DNA from: an uncultured Clostridia bacterium
Lineage (GTDB): Bacteria > Bacillota > Clostridia > Christensenellales > CAG-917
Length of the DNA stretch: 64,000 nucleotides
Direction: 5' to 3'
NCBI GenBank assembly: GCA_944358385.1
Contig: CALVQW010000008.1
Location: forward strand, 17,228-81,227
Position numbers and translations under genes: made by a program
The notes under the pieces: generated by a model
Databases searched by the model: none
Seen by the model: only the letters and a program-made list of their open reading frames with translations
Told to the model about the DNA's origin: nothing
Shown: in pieces, positions 44,004 through 55,707 of the stretch
Numbering within the stretch: the stretch's first letter is position 1
How the letters are laid out: the number at the start of each line of letters is the position of its first letter

Positions 44004-45055
44004 CAGAATGCCACGACCGCGCTCACCGTCACGGTGACTGCGGCGCGCACGCCCGTCTCGACGGGCGGGAGTTTGACCAGCCACCTGTTCCCGCTCTCGG
44101 AGGGGATCCAAGCCGCGCTGCCTTCTTCGGCTGCATAGTCCGTGTCTGCGGTATAGCTGCCCGCCACCACCGCTCCGACGGCGGCAAGCTCCGCCCGCGC
44201 CGTTTCATCCACACCGGCGGCAACCACCAGCAGCCACGCCGCGGTGTCCGCACTAAGAGCCGTGATGTCGGACACGGCATCGAACCTTCCCGCGCGCTCC
44301 ACGGCGACATACATGCCGTCCATCTTCAACAACCCGTTCTCTGTTTCGAGCGGGAAAATGCCCGCGTCTGTCGCGATGAGCCGCTCGCCCTCCCTCTCGA
44401 TGACATAGCCCGCGACACTCACGCCGTTATCCTCGAATGCGGCGGCTTGCGCTGGCGTAAAGGAGTAGCTCACATCGCACACTTCGGCGCAATCTGCCTG
44501 ATAGTCGGCGAGTGCGCCCTCGGCGACGGTCTCTCCCGCAGCGTCGGAATAGATGGCATCCGGCCACGCCCAGCACACGCTCTTACCCGTGTCCAGCGCG
44601 GCGGTGAAGGCATCGGGCGAGACGGAGATGTCCTCCGTGGAAACGACATCCTCTCCCACTCTCACGAAACCCTCATGTTGCGAGAAATCGTAAGCGGAAT
44701 AGTAAGTTGTGATGTCGGCAGTGCCGTCCTGCGCGAGGTAAAAGACTATGGGGATGATCCTGTCCCCGCCCGCGTTTACTTCAAAACTCCACACTACGGG
44801 AGTGTCCTTGAAGTCCACACCCGTGATCGGAGCGTCCCCGCTGCCGCCGGGCAGCAGATAGCCCTCTCCGAAGAGATCCAGACTGAACTCCGCGTCCGCA
44901 TACGACATCTCTCCCGCCTCTCCCGTCTGCGAATTCCAGGTGTAAGTCGCGCTGAACGCGGCAAGCGTGCCGGACAGCGCGCAGACGGAGGCTATGGCGA
45001 GCGCGATGACGATGACGGCAAGTTTAAGGTAGTTACCAGTCAGCTTCCTTTTCAT
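44003..45055 (-). CDS. TasA/camelysin-like secreted protein with SipW-dependent-type signal peptide
   Basis: MKRKLTGNYLKLAVIVIALAIASVCALSGTLAAFSATYTW resembles the GT.A.FS(D/T) motif, and is followed by AEFSLDL....LLPGGSG. Confidence 0.6.
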   Translation of the reverse strand: MKRKLTGNYLKLAVIVIALAIASVCALSGTLAAFSATYTWNSQTGEAGEMSYADAEFSLDLFGEGYLLPGGSGDAPITGVDFKDTPVVWSFEVNAGGDRIIPIVFYLAQDGTADITTYYSAYDFSQHEGFVRVGEDVVSTEDISVSPDAFTAALDTGKSVCWAWPDAIYSDAAGETVAEGALADYQADCAEVCDVSYSFTPAQAAAFEDNGVSVAGYVIEREGERLIATDAGIFPLETENGLLKMDGMYVAVERAGRFDAVSDITALSADTAAWLLVVAAGVDETARAELAAVGAVVAGSYTADTDYAAEEGSAAWIPSESGNRWLVKLPPVETGVRAAVTVTVSAVVAF

Positions 45056-45101
45056 ATGTACACTCTCAGCGTTTTATCTTTGGTGAAATTTGACGGGGAT
45101 A

Positions 45102-45151
45102 TTTCCCCCTAAAAACATCAAAAGGGACACTCTTGCGAACTCTTTGCAAGA
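45102..45151 (-). terminator. rho-independent terminator after rplL
   Basis: Minus strand: AAGGGAtatTCTTGC-loop-GCAAGAgtgTCCCTT followed by TTGATGTTTTT. Confidence 0.75.
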
Positions 45152-45195
45152 ATATCCCTTGACTTGATGCTAAGCCGTCAGGCTCTCATCGGAAA

Positions 45196-45570
45196 TTACT
45201 TGATCTCCGCGACAGCACCGACTTCCTTGAACTTGGCGACGAGAGCTTCCGCGGCGTCCTTCGGGATGCCTTCCTTGACCGCCTTGGGTGCGCCGTCGAC
45301 AACGCCCTTCGCCTCGACGAGACCGAGACCGGTCGCGTCCTTGACGACCTTGATGACCTGGACCTTGTTGGGGCCGACTTCTTTGAGGATGACGTCGAAT
45401 TCCGTCTTCTCTTCCTCTGCGGGAGCAGCCTCAGCCGCGCCGCCCGCGACGACTGCGACGGGAGCCGCAGCACTCACACCGAACTCCTCTTCAAGCTCTT
45501 TGACGAACTTGGAAAGCTCGAGAACGGTCATGCTCTTGATTTCTTCCATAAGTTTCTGAAGATCTGCCAT
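45196..45570 (-). CDS. rplL: 50S ribosomal protein L7/L12
   Basis: The sequence from [32 protein letters not shown] to [18 protein letters not shown]. Confidence 0.95.
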   Translation of the reverse strand: MADLQKLMEEIKSMTVLELSKFVKELEEEFGVSAAAPVAVVAGGAAEAAPAEEEKTEFDVILKEVGPNKVQVIKVVKDATGLGLVEAKGVVDGAPKAVKEGIPKDAAEALVAKFKEVGAVAEIK

Positions 45571-45626
45571 TTTTTTATTCTCCGTAATTTTTTATTATTT
45601 TGTTGCCGCCCTGCGGCGTGGTGTGG

Positions 45627-46130
45627 TTACGCTTGCTGCTCCAGCTTTTCCGCGATCTTGTTCAGGCAGACCGCAAGTCCGGTGATGGGAGACTGCATGC
45701 TGCCGAGCATCTTTGCGATGAGGACCTCTCTGGGAGGGATCGCCGCGATGGTCTTGACGCCGTTTTCGTCCATATACTCGCCTTCGACCAGACCGCATTT
45801 TGCCTTCATCTTGTTGAGCTTCTTGATGTTTTCGACGATGATCTTGGCGGGCGTGACCGCGTCTTTGTCCGAGAACGCGACGGCAGTGGGACCGTTGAGA
45901 GCATCATCGAACTGCGTGTAGCCCAGATCGTCGAAGGCACGCTTGACCAGACGGTTTTTGAGCACCTGATAGTCAACGCCTGCTTCGCGGAGCTGCTTTC
46001 TGAAAGCGGTGTCCTCGGCGACGTTCAATCCCATATAGTCGATGATGACGAGGGATTTGGCGGAGGAGATCTTCGCCTTGATCGCTTCGACCTGCTGTTG
46101 TTTCAGTTCGAGAACTTCCTTGGATGCCAT
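45627..46130 (-). CDS. rplJ: 50S ribosomal protein L10
   Basis: 167-aa ORF upstream of rplL, with the L10 pattern (LVIIDYMGLNVAEDTAFRKQLREAG). Confidence 0.95.
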   Translation of the reverse strand: MASKEVLELKQQQVEAIKAKISSAKSLVIIDYMGLNVAEDTAFRKQLREAGVDYQVLKNRLVKRAFDDLGYTQFDDALNGPTAVAFSDKDAVTPAKIIVENIKKLNKMKAKCGLVEGEYMDENGVKTIAAIPPREVLIAKMLGSMQSPITGLAVCLNKIAEKLEQQA

Positions 46131-46250
46131 ATTACCTCCTTATAAAATAAATCGTCACTCCCGAGACAAAGGAATGACGAATACACGAGCGGTATTAACA
46201 CTCCTCGGCAAGCATACATTGAGGCTTTCGCCGCTTGCTGTCTCAGGAAC
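46131..46250 (-). promoter_or_regulatory. putative L10 (rplJ) autoregulatory leader
   Basis: About 120-nt 5' UTR between the promoter below and the rplJ SD AAGGAGG. Called from position and length only; I did not verify the L10-leader fold. Confidence 0.4.
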
Positions 46251-46255
46251 GCGCT

Positions 46256-46284
46256 TATTGTAGCAAAGCGCGGGCTTTTTGTCA
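46256..46284 (-). promoter_or_regulatory. sigma-A type promoter for rplJ-rplL (TTGACA-17-TACAAT)
   Basis: Minus strand: TTGACA (46284..46279), a 17-nt spacer, then TACAAT (46261..46256). Confidence 0.65.
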
Positions 46285-46352
46285 AACGATCGGACGCAAT
46301 TTTCCGGATGCATCCCGCACCCCGCGCGGCGATGCCGCGCGGGAGCAGTGTG

Positions 46353-47042
46353 TCAGACGGTCTTGTAGAGGATCTTCACGCTGGGACCCATCGTGGAGGC
46401 GATGTAGACGCTCTTCAGATACTGTCCCTTCGCCGCCGCGGGCTTGGCTTTGACCAGAGCTTCCATGACGGTGTTGAAGTTGTCCATGAGCTTTTCAAGC
46501 CCGAAGGACTTCTTGCCGATGGGGACGTGCACGATTGCGGTCTTGTCCACGCGGTACTCAACCTTACCGGCTTTGATGTCGTGGATGGCGCGGGTGACGT
46601 CCATCGTGACGGTGCCGGACTTGGGGTTGGGCATGAGTCCCTTAGGACCGAGGATCTTACCCAGCCTGCCCACCAAACCCATCATATCGGGAGTGGTGAC
46701 GACGGCGTCGAACTCAAACCAGTTCTCGGAGGTGATCTTCTGGATCATGTCCTCCGCACCGACGTAATCCGCGCCTGCGGCTGCGGCTTCGTCCGCTTTC
46801 GCGCCCTTGGCGATGACGAGGACGCGCACCGTTCTGCCCGTGCCGTGGGGGAGGACGACGACGCCTCTGACCTGCTGATCGGCGTGACGGGGATCGACGC
46901 CCAGCTTGACGTGAAGTTCTATCGTTTCGTCAAACTTGGACTTTGCGGTCTCGATGGCGAGAGCCATGGCTTCCGCGCTGTCGTAAAGTTTGTTGCTTTC
47001 GATGAGTTTCTTGGAATCGATATAGTTCTTTCCGCGTTTCAT
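46353..47042 (-). CDS. rplA: 50S ribosomal protein L1
   Basis: 229-aa ORF with [25 protein letters not shown]. Confidence 0.95.
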   Translation of the reverse strand: MKRGKNYIDSKKLIESNKLYDSAEAMALAIETAKSKFDETIELHVKLGVDPRHADQQVRGVVVLPHGTGRTVRVLVIAKGAKADEAAAAGADYVGAEDMIQKITSENWFEFDAVVTTPDMMGLVGRLGKILGPKGLMPNPKSGTVTMDVTRAIHDIKAGKVEYRVDKTAIVHVPIGKKSFGLEKLMDNFNTVMEALVKAKPAAAKGQYLKSVYIASTMGPSVKILYKTV

Positions 47043-47052
47043 ACTGCCCTCC

Positions 47053-47478
47053 TTACTCCTCGACGACGATGCCCATGCTGCGGGCGGTGCCGGCGATCAT
47101 GCTCATTGCAGCCTCCAAAGAACCCGCATTGAGGTCGGGCATTTTCAGCTCCGCGATCTCCTTGACCTGCGCCTTGGTGATGGTGGCGACTTTGTCACGG
47201 TTGGGACGGGCGGACGCGCTCTCTATGCCGCACGCCTTCTTGATGAGGACGGGGGCGGGAGGAGTCTTGAGAATGAAGGTGAAGGAACGGTCCTGATAGA
47301 TGGTGATGACCACGGGGATGATGAGACCTGCCTGCTTGGAGGTCTTTTCATTGAATTCCTTCGTGAAAGCGGGGATGTTGATGCCGTGGGGACCGAGGGA
47401 AGAACCGACGGGGGGACCGGGGGTGGCTTTCCCTGCGGGGAGTTGCAGTTTCACGACTGCGGTGATCTTTTTAGCCAT
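47053..47478 (-). CDS. rplK: 50S ribosomal protein L11
   Basis: [25 protein letters not shown]. Confidence 0.95.
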   Translation of the reverse strand: MAKKITAVVKLQLPAGKATPGPPVGSSLGPHGINIPAFTKEFNEKTSKQAGLIIPVVITIYQDRSFTFILKTPPAPVLIKKACGIESASARPNRDKVATITKAQVKEIAELKMPDLNAGSLEAAMSMIAGTARSMGIVVEE

Positions 47479-47559
47479 AATACCTCCTGACTAACGTGGT
47501 TTGACGAAGGCTTGGTTGGATTTGCCTTCTCCCACACGCGCGGTACGCCGCACGAACGC

Positions 47560-48087
47560 TCACAGTTTTTCGACCTGCGAGAAATCGAGTTCGACGGGAG
47601 TGTCCCTGCCGAACATGGAAATGATGACTTTGACTTTCTGTCTTTCCGCGCTGATGGAATCGATGACTCCGTCGAAGTTTTCCAGCGCGCCGCTGATGAC
47701 GCGGACGTTGTCGCCGGGCTTGATGTCCAGATCCTCGAAATCGATGACTTCCAGCCCCAGACGCTTGACTTCGTCGTCACGCAGAGGCAGAGGACGACCG
47801 GCAGGACCGACGAAACCCGTCACTCCGCGGGTGTTGGTGACCATAAACCAAATGTGATTGGAATAGATCATCTTGATAAAGACGTAGCTGGGGAATTTCT
47901 TCCTCTGCACCACCTTTCTCTTGCCGTTCTTCTCGACGACGTCATCCTCGACGGGAACTTTCACCTCGAAGATCCAATCCTGCAAACTGTTGTTTTCCAC
48001 CATGTTGTGCAGGTTGTTTTCCACCATCGTCTCATAGCCTGAGTAGGTGTGGATGACATACCACTGAGGAGATTCCTTGTTTTCCAT
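47560..48087 (-). CDS. nusG: transcription termination/antitermination factor NusG
   Basis: WYVIHTYSGYE NGN start and a C-terminal KOW region (GDNVRVISGALENFDG). Confidence 0.95.
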   Translation of the reverse strand: MENKESPQWYVIHTYSGYETMVENNLHNMVENNSLQDWIFEVKVPVEDDVVEKNGKRKVVQRKKFPSYVFIKMIYSNHIWFMVTNTRGVTGFVGPAGRPLPLRDDEVKRLGLEVIDFEDLDIKPGDNVRVISGALENFDGVIDSISAERQKVKVIISMFGRDTPVELDFSQVEKL

Positions 48088-48102
48088 AATTCACCTCTCG
48101 GT

Positions 48103-48495
48103 TTACACGATGGACGTCCATGTCCCGTCGACGACCAAGTGAGACAGTCCCGACAGCACATAGTCGATGCCGAACAACACCACGAAAAACACGACGACCA
48201 CCACCAGCACGACAGCGGTGGATTTGACGACGTCCTTCCCCTTGGGCCAAGTGACCTTCTTCAGCTCCGAGATCACGCCTTTCAGCCCCTTCCACATCCT
48301 CTTGAAGATGTTGGGCTTGTCGGATTTTGAAGCCTTTGCGGTCTTTTTGACCTGCTTATCCTGAGCGGCATTCTGCTGAGACGCGTTGGTTTCCTCGTAT
48401 GCCACGGGCTTGTCAAGCTCGCCCGGCACGCGTCCGCGCATCTTGCCTTCGGAAGAGAGGGACTTAGAGTCGTTTTCCGGCGTTTTTTTTGCCAT
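48103..48495 (-). CDS. secE: preprotein translocase subunit SecE (long hydrophilic N-terminal extension)
   Basis: ELKKVTWPKGKDVVKSTAVVLVVVVVFFVVLFGID, positioned between rpmG and nusG. Confidence 0.85.
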   Translation of the reverse strand: MAKKTPENDSKSLSSEGKMRGRVPGELDKPVAYEETNASQQNAAQDKQVKKTAKASKSDKPNIFKRMWKGLKGVISELKKVTWPKGKDVVKSTAVVLVVVVVFFVVLFGIDYVLSGLSHLVVDGTWTSIV

Positions 48496-48510
48496 ATTGC
48501 CTCCCGGACC

Positions 48511-48675
48511 TTACTTGGTCTCTCTGTGCAAGGTGTGTTTTTTGCAGAATCTGCAATACTTCTGAAGCTCCATCCTGTCGGGATGCTTCTGCTTATTCTT
48601 TTTGAGGTTATAGTTGCGCTGTTTGCACTCGGTGCAAGCGAGCGTGATCCTCACTCGTGCTCCTTTCTGAGCCAT
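48511..48675 (-). CDS. rpmG: 50S ribosomal protein L33
   Basis: ORF trimmed to [22 protein letters not shown]. Confidence 0.9.
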   Translation of the reverse strand: MAQKGARVRITLACTECKQRNYNLKKNKQKHPDRMELQKYCRFCKKHTLHRETK

Positions 48676-48766
48676 TTTTGTGCCTCCTTTCGTGTTCGGA
48701 CTCACAGGCATACCCTGCACGGCCGCTCACGCAGCCGTGCAGAGTAACGCGTGTTTGAAAGAACAC

Positions 48767-49972
<1,206 letters not shown>

Positions 49973-50059
49973 TTTGAATTCCTCCAATTGGTTTGTTTTT
50001 GAGTTTGTGTTTTATAGAGAATATATAAGGATATCAGTCGTAAACAAACACCTTATATA

Positions 50060-52144
50060 TTATCTTTGGAATTTTTTGCCCGTCACCTTCTCCGCTATGC
50101 TTGCGGGCACTTCGGCATAGTGGTCGAAGAGCATCGTGAACGTCGCTCTTCCCTGGGTGATGCTTCTGAGCGTCGTCGCATATCCGAACATCTCGGAAAG
50201 CGGGACATCGCTCTCGATGGCTTGGATGCCGTTTTTCATCTCCATACCGCGCACACTGCCGCGGCGGGAGTTGAGGTTGCTCATGACGTCGCCGACATAC
50301 TCGTCCGGGACGTCGATCTCCACCTTCATGATGGGTTCGAGCAGGATGGGCTTCGCTTTCTCCGCGGCATTCCTGAATGCCATGGAACCCGCGACGCGGA
50401 ACGCCATCTCCGAGCTGTCCACCTCGTGCGTGGAGCCGTCCACCAGCCTGACCTTGAAGTCCACGACTTCGTAGCCCGCCATGATGCCCGCCTTCGCCGC
50501 CTCCTTGATGCCTTCGCTGACCGCGTTGGCAAACTCCTTGGGGACGACGCCGCCCACGGTCTCGTTGGAGAACTCGTAGCCGCCGCCGGGATTGGGTTCA
50601 AGCTCGATGACGCAGTGACCGTACTGACCGTGACCGCCCGTCTGACGGACGAACTTGCCCTCCGCCTTGGCGGGACGGGTGACCGTCTCGCGGTAGCTGA
50701 CCTGCGGTTTGCCCACATTCGCCTCCACCTTGAACTCGCGGAACATCCTGTCCACGATGATCTCCAGGTGAAGCTCGCCCATGCCTGCGATGATGATCTG
50801 TCCCGTATCCTTGTCGGTGTACGCCTTGAAGGTGGGATCCTCCTCCTGCAGTTTCATGATTGCGGTGTTCATGCGCTCCTGGCTCGCCTTGGTCTTAGGC
50901 TCGATCGCCACTTTGATGACGGGTTCGGGGAACACCATGTTCTCCAACACGATCTGATGCGACCTGTCGCACAGAGTGTCGCCCGTCGTGCTCTTTTTGA
51001 GACCGACGAGAGCAACGATGTCTCCCGCGCCCGCCTCGGTCAGATCCTCTCTGTCGTCGGCGTTCATGCGCAGGATCCTGCCTATGCGCTCGTTCTCGTT
51101 CTTGCCGGGGTTGTAGACCATGGTGCCCGTCTTGATGGTGCCGCTGTAAATGCGGATGAAGGCGAGCTTGCCCACATACTCGTCGGTGAGGATCTTGAAC
51201 ACCAGCGCGGCGAAAGGCTCGTCGTCGCCGGGGTGGCGCACTTCCTCGCGGTCCACCTTGGGGTTCTTGCCCGTGATGGACGCCACGTCCGTGGGGGCGG
51301 GAAGGAAATCCACTATGGCGTCCAAGAGACGCTGGATGCCCTTGTTGCGGTAGGAACTGCCGCACAAAACGGGCGTCATCGCCATCTCGATCGTACCTTT
51401 GCGGATCGCCTTTTTCAGCTCCTCTTCGGTGACGGACGCACTGTCGTCCATGATGCACTTCTCGAAGATGGCGTCATCGAAGTTCGCCGCTTCCTCGACG
51501 AGTTTCCTGCGCGCTTCCTCCGCCCTCTCCGTCATATCCGCGGGGATCTCCCCTTCCGTGACGGTGATGCCGTTGTCCTCGCCGGAATAGTACAGAGCTT
51601 TCATGGAGATGAGATCCACGATCCCTTTGAAATCTCCTTCGCTGCCTATGGGGAGGACGACGGGGACGGCGTTGGTGCGCAGTCTCTCGTGCATCATCCT
51701 GACCACGTTGTCAAAGTTCGCTCCGTTGATGTCCATTTTGTTGACGAAGGCGATGCGCGGCACTTTGTAGGTGTTGGCTTGACGCCACACGTTCTCGGAC
51801 TGAGGCTCCACGCCGCCCTTGGCGCAGAACACCGCGACCGCTCCGTCCAACACTCTCAGGCTGCGTTCGACTTCAACGGAAAAGTCGACGTGTCCGGGAG
51901 TGTCGATGATGTTGATCTGATGACCTTTCCACACGGTGGTAGTGGCGGCGGAGGTGATGGTAATCCCCCTTTCTCGCTCCTGCACCATGTAATCCATTAC
52001 CGCTGCGCCGTCGTGCACCTCACCGAGCTTGCGCGTCATGCCCGTATAGAACAGGATGCGCTCGGTGGTCGTGGTCTTGCCGGCGTCGATGTGAGCCATG
52101 ATGCCGATGTTTCTGACCTTGTCAAGTGCAAAATTGCGCTGCAT
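50060..52144 (-). CDS. fusA: elongation factor G
   Basis: ORF trimmed to [25 protein letters not shown]. The SD AGGTGG lies in the rpsG 3' end. Confidence 0.97.
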   Translation of the reverse strand: MQRNFALDKVRNIGIMAHIDAGKTTTTERILFYTGMTRKLGEVHDGAAVMDYMVQERERGITITSAATTTVWKGHQINIIDTPGHVDFSVEVERSLRVLDGAVAVFCAKGGVEPQSENVWRQANTYKVPRIAFVNKMDINGANFDNVVRMMHERLRTNAVPVVLPIGSEGDFKGIVDLISMKALYYSGEDNGITVTEGEIPADMTERAEEARRKLVEEAANFDDAIFEKCIMDDSASVTEEELKKAIRKGTIEMAMTPVLCGSSYRNKGIQRLLDAIVDFLPAPTDVASITGKNPKVDREEVRHPGDDEPFAALVFKILTDEYVGKLAFIRIYSGTIKTGTMVYNPGKNENERIGRILRMNADDREDLTEAGAGDIVALVGLKKSTTGDTLCDRSHQIVLENMVFPEPVIKVAIEPKTKASQERMNTAIMKLQEEDPTFKAYTDKDTGQIIIAGMGELHLEIIVDRMFREFKVEANVGKPQVSYRETVTRPAKAEGKFVRQTGGHGQYGHCVIELEPNPGGGYEFSNETVGGVVPKEFANAVSEGIKEAAKAGIMAGYEVVDFKVRLVDGSTHEVDSSEMAFRVAGSMAFRNAAEKAKPILLEPIMKVEIDVPDEYVGDVMSNLNSRRGSVRGMEMKNGIQAIESDVPLSEMFGYATTLRSITQGRATFTMLFDHYAEVPASIAEKVTGKKFQR

Positions 52145-52149
52145 AAAGA

Positions 52150-52620
52150 CTACCACCTGTAATGAGCGAACGCCTTGTTCGCCTCAGCCATGCGGTGCAT
52201 CTCGTCCTTCTTCTTGACCGCGCCGCCTGCGAGGTTGTAAGCGTCCATAAGCTCGCCCGCGAGTCTCTCCTTCATGGTCTTTTCGCCGCGTTTTCTGGCG
52301 AACTGAACGATCCAGCGGATGGCAAGCGTCTGCCTGCGCTCCGGACGGATCTCCATGGGGACCTGATAGGTCGAGCCGCCGACTCTTCTCGCTTTGACTT
52401 CGAGAAGGGGCATTGCGTTTTCGAGAGCTTTGGTGAAGATGTCCATCGCCTCCGCTCCGAGTTTCTTTGATGCGATATCGAAAGCCTCGTAGACTATGGT
52501 CTGCGCAGTCCCTTTCTTGCCGTCCAGCATGATCTGGTTGATGAGCTTGGTCACCACCTTGCTGCCGTAAACGGGATCGGGCAGAACGTCTCTTTTAGGC
52601 ACGCCGCTTCTTCTGGGCAT
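52150..52620 (-). CDS. rpsG: 30S ribosomal protein S7
   Basis: [20 protein letters not shown]. Confidence 0.97.
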   Translation of the reverse strand: MPRRSGVPKRDVLPDPVYGSKVVTKLINQIMLDGKKGTAQTIVYEAFDIASKKLGAEAMDIFTKALENAMPLLEVKARRVGGSTYQVPMEIRPERRQTLAIRWIVQFARKRGEKTMKERLAGELMDAYNLAGGAVKKKDEMHRMAEANKAFAHYRW

Positions 52621-52655
52621 ATTGTCCTCCTTGGGTAATTACATTCGAAAAATTC

Positions 52656-53027
52656 TTATTTGGGGCGTTTTGCGCCGTACTTGGATCTGGCTTGCTTGCG
52701 TTTTGCGACGCCTGCCGTATCCAGAGTGCCGCGAATGATGTGATAACGCACGCCGGGCAGGTCACGGACTCTTCCGCCTCTGATGAGCACCACGCTGTGC
52801 TCTTGCAGATTGTGTCCGATGCCGGGGATGTAGATCGTACCTTCCTGACCGTTGACGAGACGCACTCTTGCGATCTTACGCAGAGCGGAGTTCGGCTTCT
52901 TGGGAGAAGTCGTCGTCACGGAAAGGCAGATGCCGCGCTTCTGCGGGCACTGTCCCATGATAGGAGTCATGGATTTCTTGGTCTGACGTTCCCTGCCCTT
53001 TCTGACAAGCTGGTTAATTGTTGGCAT
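52656..53027 (-). CDS. rpsL: 30S ribosomal protein S12
   Basis: [12 protein letters not shown]...[10 protein letters not shown]. Confidence 0.97.
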   Translation of the reverse strand: MPTINQLVRKGRERQTKKSMTPIMGQCPQKRGICLSVTTTSPKKPNSALRKIARVRLVNGQEGTIYIPGIGHNLQEHSVVLIRGGRVRDLPGVRYHIIRGTLDTAGVAKRKQARSKYGAKRPK

Positions 53028-53087
53028 TCTTGTTCCTCCTGTGTTATTTCCGAATGTACCTGCTCAACCCATGCAAGTGCAATCAAT

Positions 53088-53339
53088 CTAGTCCTCGCGC
53101 ACCCTTATTCCCACGGCAGCCGCGCCCACTTCGATGCCGCAGGCTCTGCCCAGCCACGCCATTGACGGCGCGGACTTTACGGGCAACCCCGCGTTCTCTG
53201 CGGCGGCGACCACCCTTTCTTTCAAGGCGCGGTCGGCATCCTCGGCGACGATCACACACCCGACCGTCCCTTCGGATATACCCCTCAAAACCTGCTTTGT
53301 TCCCACAAATTTCGAGGAGCTTTCTAGCATAGCTTTCAT
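53088..53339 (-). CDS. ribosomal L7Ae-family protein (YbxF/RplGB-like)
   Basis: ORF 53088..53372 trimmed to MKAMLESSSKFVGTKQ behind the SD GGAGAA. LGRACGIEVGAAAVGI matches the YbxF C-terminus. It takes the usual position upstream of rpsL. Confidence 0.8.
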   Translation of the reverse strand: MKAMLESSSKFVGTKQVLRGISEGTVGCVIVAEDADRALKERVVAAAENAGLPVKSAPSMAWLGRACGIEVGAAAVGIRVRED

Positions 53340-53407
53340 TTCGTTTTCTCCGCTCATGACATGTTTTTCCATAAGCTAAAAACAGCCCGCATTACGCAAG
53401 CCTAATC

Positions 53408-53436
53408 ATATTACCAACTAAAAATGGCGATGTCAA
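53408..53436 (-). promoter_or_regulatory. sigma-A type promoter for ybxF-rpsL-rpsG-fusA-tuf (TTGACA-17-TAATAT)
   Basis: Minus strand: TTGACA (53436..53431), a 17-nt spacer, then TAATAT (53413..53408). It sits in the only AT-rich patch of the tsaD-ybxF gap. Confidence 0.7.
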
Positions 53437-53527
53437 ACGAAATGGCGGGACTTTCGCCAAAAAAATAAATATTTTATTTATAGTGCAAGATGTAGTATCC
53501 CGTGCGCCCGCACAGGCACAAGCGCGC

Positions 53528-54529
53528 TCAAAGAGCCACCGTCGCCTTGGCGTCCAGCCCGAACCCCGCGCTCTCCGCGCCCGAACGGATGAGGAAATAT
53601 GCCGCCGCGCCGATCATGGCAGCGTTGTCCGTGCAATAGCGCAGTTTGGGATAGCATATGCGTCTGCCCGTGCTCTCTCCCCACTCGTCCAGCCTCGCGC
53701 GCAGACGCTCGTTCGCGCTCACGCCTCCCGCTATTGCAACGGTGCGCGCCCCCGTGCTCTCCGCCGCGTGGCGCGTGCCGAGAAAAAGCTGCTCCACCGC
53801 GCACTCCTGGAAGGACGCCGCGATGTCCGCGCGGGGGATGGTCTCTCCGCGCTGTTCCATGCCGTGTACAAGATTGATGACAAAGGTTTTCAGCCCGCTG
53901 TACGAGAAACGCGCCGTCTCCCCGCTCTTGAACACGGGGATGGGCATCTTGTACACCGCCTTGCCCTCCTTTGCGAGTTTCTGTATCTCCGGACCTCCCG
54001 GATAAGGCAGCCCCAACACTCTCGCCACCTTGTCGAACGCCTCGCCCGCCGCATCGTCGCCGGACTTCCCCAGCGGAACGACGTCCTCATAGTCCCGCAC
54101 CTGCAAGAGCGCGGTGTGTCCCCCGCTCGCCAACAGACACAGATAGGGCGGTTCCAGGTCGGAGTCGATGTAATTCGCCGCCAGATGCCCGCGCACATGT
54201 GACACGGCATAGAGCGGCTTTTTCCACGCGTATGCGAGAGCTTTGGCGTAATTCACGCCCACGAGCAGCGCGCCGAGCAGTCCCGCACCGTAGGTGACGG
54301 CAACGGCGTCTATCTCCGCCTTCCCGCACCCGCTCTCTTCGAGAGCCTGCGCCACCACGTTATCTATGGCGAGGGTGTGGTTGCGGCTGGCGATCTCCGG
54401 CACCACTCCGCCGAACCTGCGGTGTATCTCTATCTGCGACGCAACGACGTTGGACAAAACCCGCCTGCCGTCCTCGACGACGGCGGCGGCGGTCTCGTCG
54501 CAGCTGGATTCTATCGCAAGTATCTTCAT
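53528..54529 (-). CDS. tsaD: tRNA N6-adenosine threonylcarbamoyltransferase
   Basis: MKILAIESSCDETAAAVV and GGVSAN. Confidence 0.95.
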   Translation of the reverse strand: MKILAIESSCDETAAAVVEDGRRVLSNVVASQIEIHRRFGGVVPEIASRNHTLAIDNVVAQALEESGCGKAEIDAVAVTYGAGLLGALLVGVNYAKALAYAWKKPLYAVSHVRGHLAANYIDSDLEPPYLCLLASGGHTALLQVRDYEDVVPLGKSGDDAAGEAFDKVARVLGLPYPGGPEIQKLAKEGKAVYKMPIPVFKSGETARFSYSGLKTFVINLVHGMEQRGETIPRADIAASFQECAVEQLFLGTRHAAESTGARTVAIAGGVSANERLRARLDEWGESTGRRICYPKLRYCTDNAAMIGAAAYFLIRSGAESAGFGLDAKATVAL

Positions 54530-54587
54530 TGTTTCTACTCTTGCTTTCCGCTATATTTTCCGCTATCTAAACGGGTGTTTTTGTGGA

Positions 54588-55694
54588 TCACTCTGCCACG
54601 GACATCTTGAGATACTCGTTGATGAAGCCTTCCAGATCCCCGTCCATAACGGCTTGGACGTTGCCCGTCTCGTAGCCCGTGCGGTGGTCCTTGACCATGG
54701 TGTAGGGACAGAAAACGTAGCTGCGGATCTGACTGCCCCACTCTATCTTTTTCAGCTTGCCGGAGATGGCTGCCGCCTCCTCCTCGCGCTCGCGTTCGCG
54801 GCGTTCGATGAGCTTGCTCCTCAGCATCTGCATGGCGACCTCGCGGTTCTGGATCTGGCTGCGCTCGTTCTGACACGCGACGATGATGCCCGTGGGGATG
54901 TGCGTGATCCTGACCGCGGACTCCGTCTTGTTGACGTGCTGACCGCCCGCGCCGCTACTGCGATAGGTGTCCACCTTGAGGTCCTCCTGACGGATCTCTA
55001 TCTCGGAAGTGTCCACGATCTCCGGCATGACTTCGAGGGAGGCAAAGGAGGTGTGCCTGCGCGCCTGGCTGTCAAAGGGAGAGATGCGCACCAGACGATG
55101 CACTCCCTTTTCCGCTTTGAGGTAGCCGTAGGCGTTGTCCCCTTCCACGCGGAAAGTGACGCTCTTCAAGCCCGCCTCGTCCCCCGCGAGTACGTCGAGT
55201 TCGGTGCAGGACCAGCCCTCTCTCTCCACAAAACGGGTGTACATGCGGTAGAGCATCTCGCACCAATCCTGCGCCTCGGTGCCGCCCGCGCCGGCGTGCA
55301 GAGTGAGTATGGCGTTGAGCGCGTCATACTTGCCGGAAAGCAGGGTGGAAAGGGTGAGATGTTCCACCTCCTCGGCAAGGTGCGCCACGCGCTGCACGAG
55401 CGCGTTGTCCTCCTCCTCGCTGGCTTCAAGCTCCACGATGTCCACCGTCTCGATGGCGTCGTCAAGCTCCGCAAGCAGCTTCTCGAAGCGTTCCAGCTTG
55501 CTCGTGAGCTGACTCAGCTCCTTGGACACCTTCTGCGCGTTTTCCACGTCGTTCCAGAAGCCCTCCGCGTTCTGCAAGCCTTCGAGTTCGGCGATGCGTG
55601 CGCGCAGTTTTTCGGGGTTTATCCCCTGATATGCGGTGTTCAACTCCGCTTTCAGCGATTTAAGCTCGTTTTTCTTGTCCTGATAGTTCAGCAT
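54588..55694 (-). CDS. prfB: peptide chain release factor 2 (single frame, no programmed frameshift)
   Basis: ORF 54588..55769 trimmed to [14 protein letters not shown]. It has the SPF and GGQ motifs ([16 protein letters not shown]). Confidence 0.9.
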   Translation of the reverse strand: MLNYQDKKNELKSLKAELNTAYQGINPEKLRARIAELEGLQNAEGFWNDVENAQKVSKELSQLTSKLERFEKLLAELDDAIETVDIVELEASEEEDNALVQRVAHLAEEVEHLTLSTLLSGKYDALNAILTLHAGAGGTEAQDWCEMLYRMYTRFVEREGWSCTELDVLAGDEAGLKSVTFRVEGDNAYGYLKAEKGVHRLVRISPFDSQARRHTSFASLEVMPEIVDTSEIEIRQEDLKVDTYRSSGAGGQHVNKTESAVRITHIPTGIIVACQNERSQIQNREVAMQMLRSKLIERREREREEEAAAISGKLKKIEWGSQIRSYVFCPYTMVKDHRTGYETGNVQAVMDGDLEGFINEYLKMSVAE

Positions 55695-55707
55695 ACATCC
55701 TTCCCTG

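Noticed and set aside
48716-48745. 9-bp GC hairpin CTGCACGGC..GCCGTGCAG between tuf and rpmG as a terminator
   Set aside because: No U-run follows on the minus strand, and rpmG-secE-nusG appear co-transcribed downstream. It may be a processing or attenuation site, but I cannot support a call.
50066-52162. 698-aa plus-strand ORF mirroring fusA with the same length
   Set aside because: The minus strand encodes an unmistakable EF-G (AHIDAGKTT and more). The plus-strand product is R/H/G/A-rich nonsense. It is a typical GC-rich shadow ORF.
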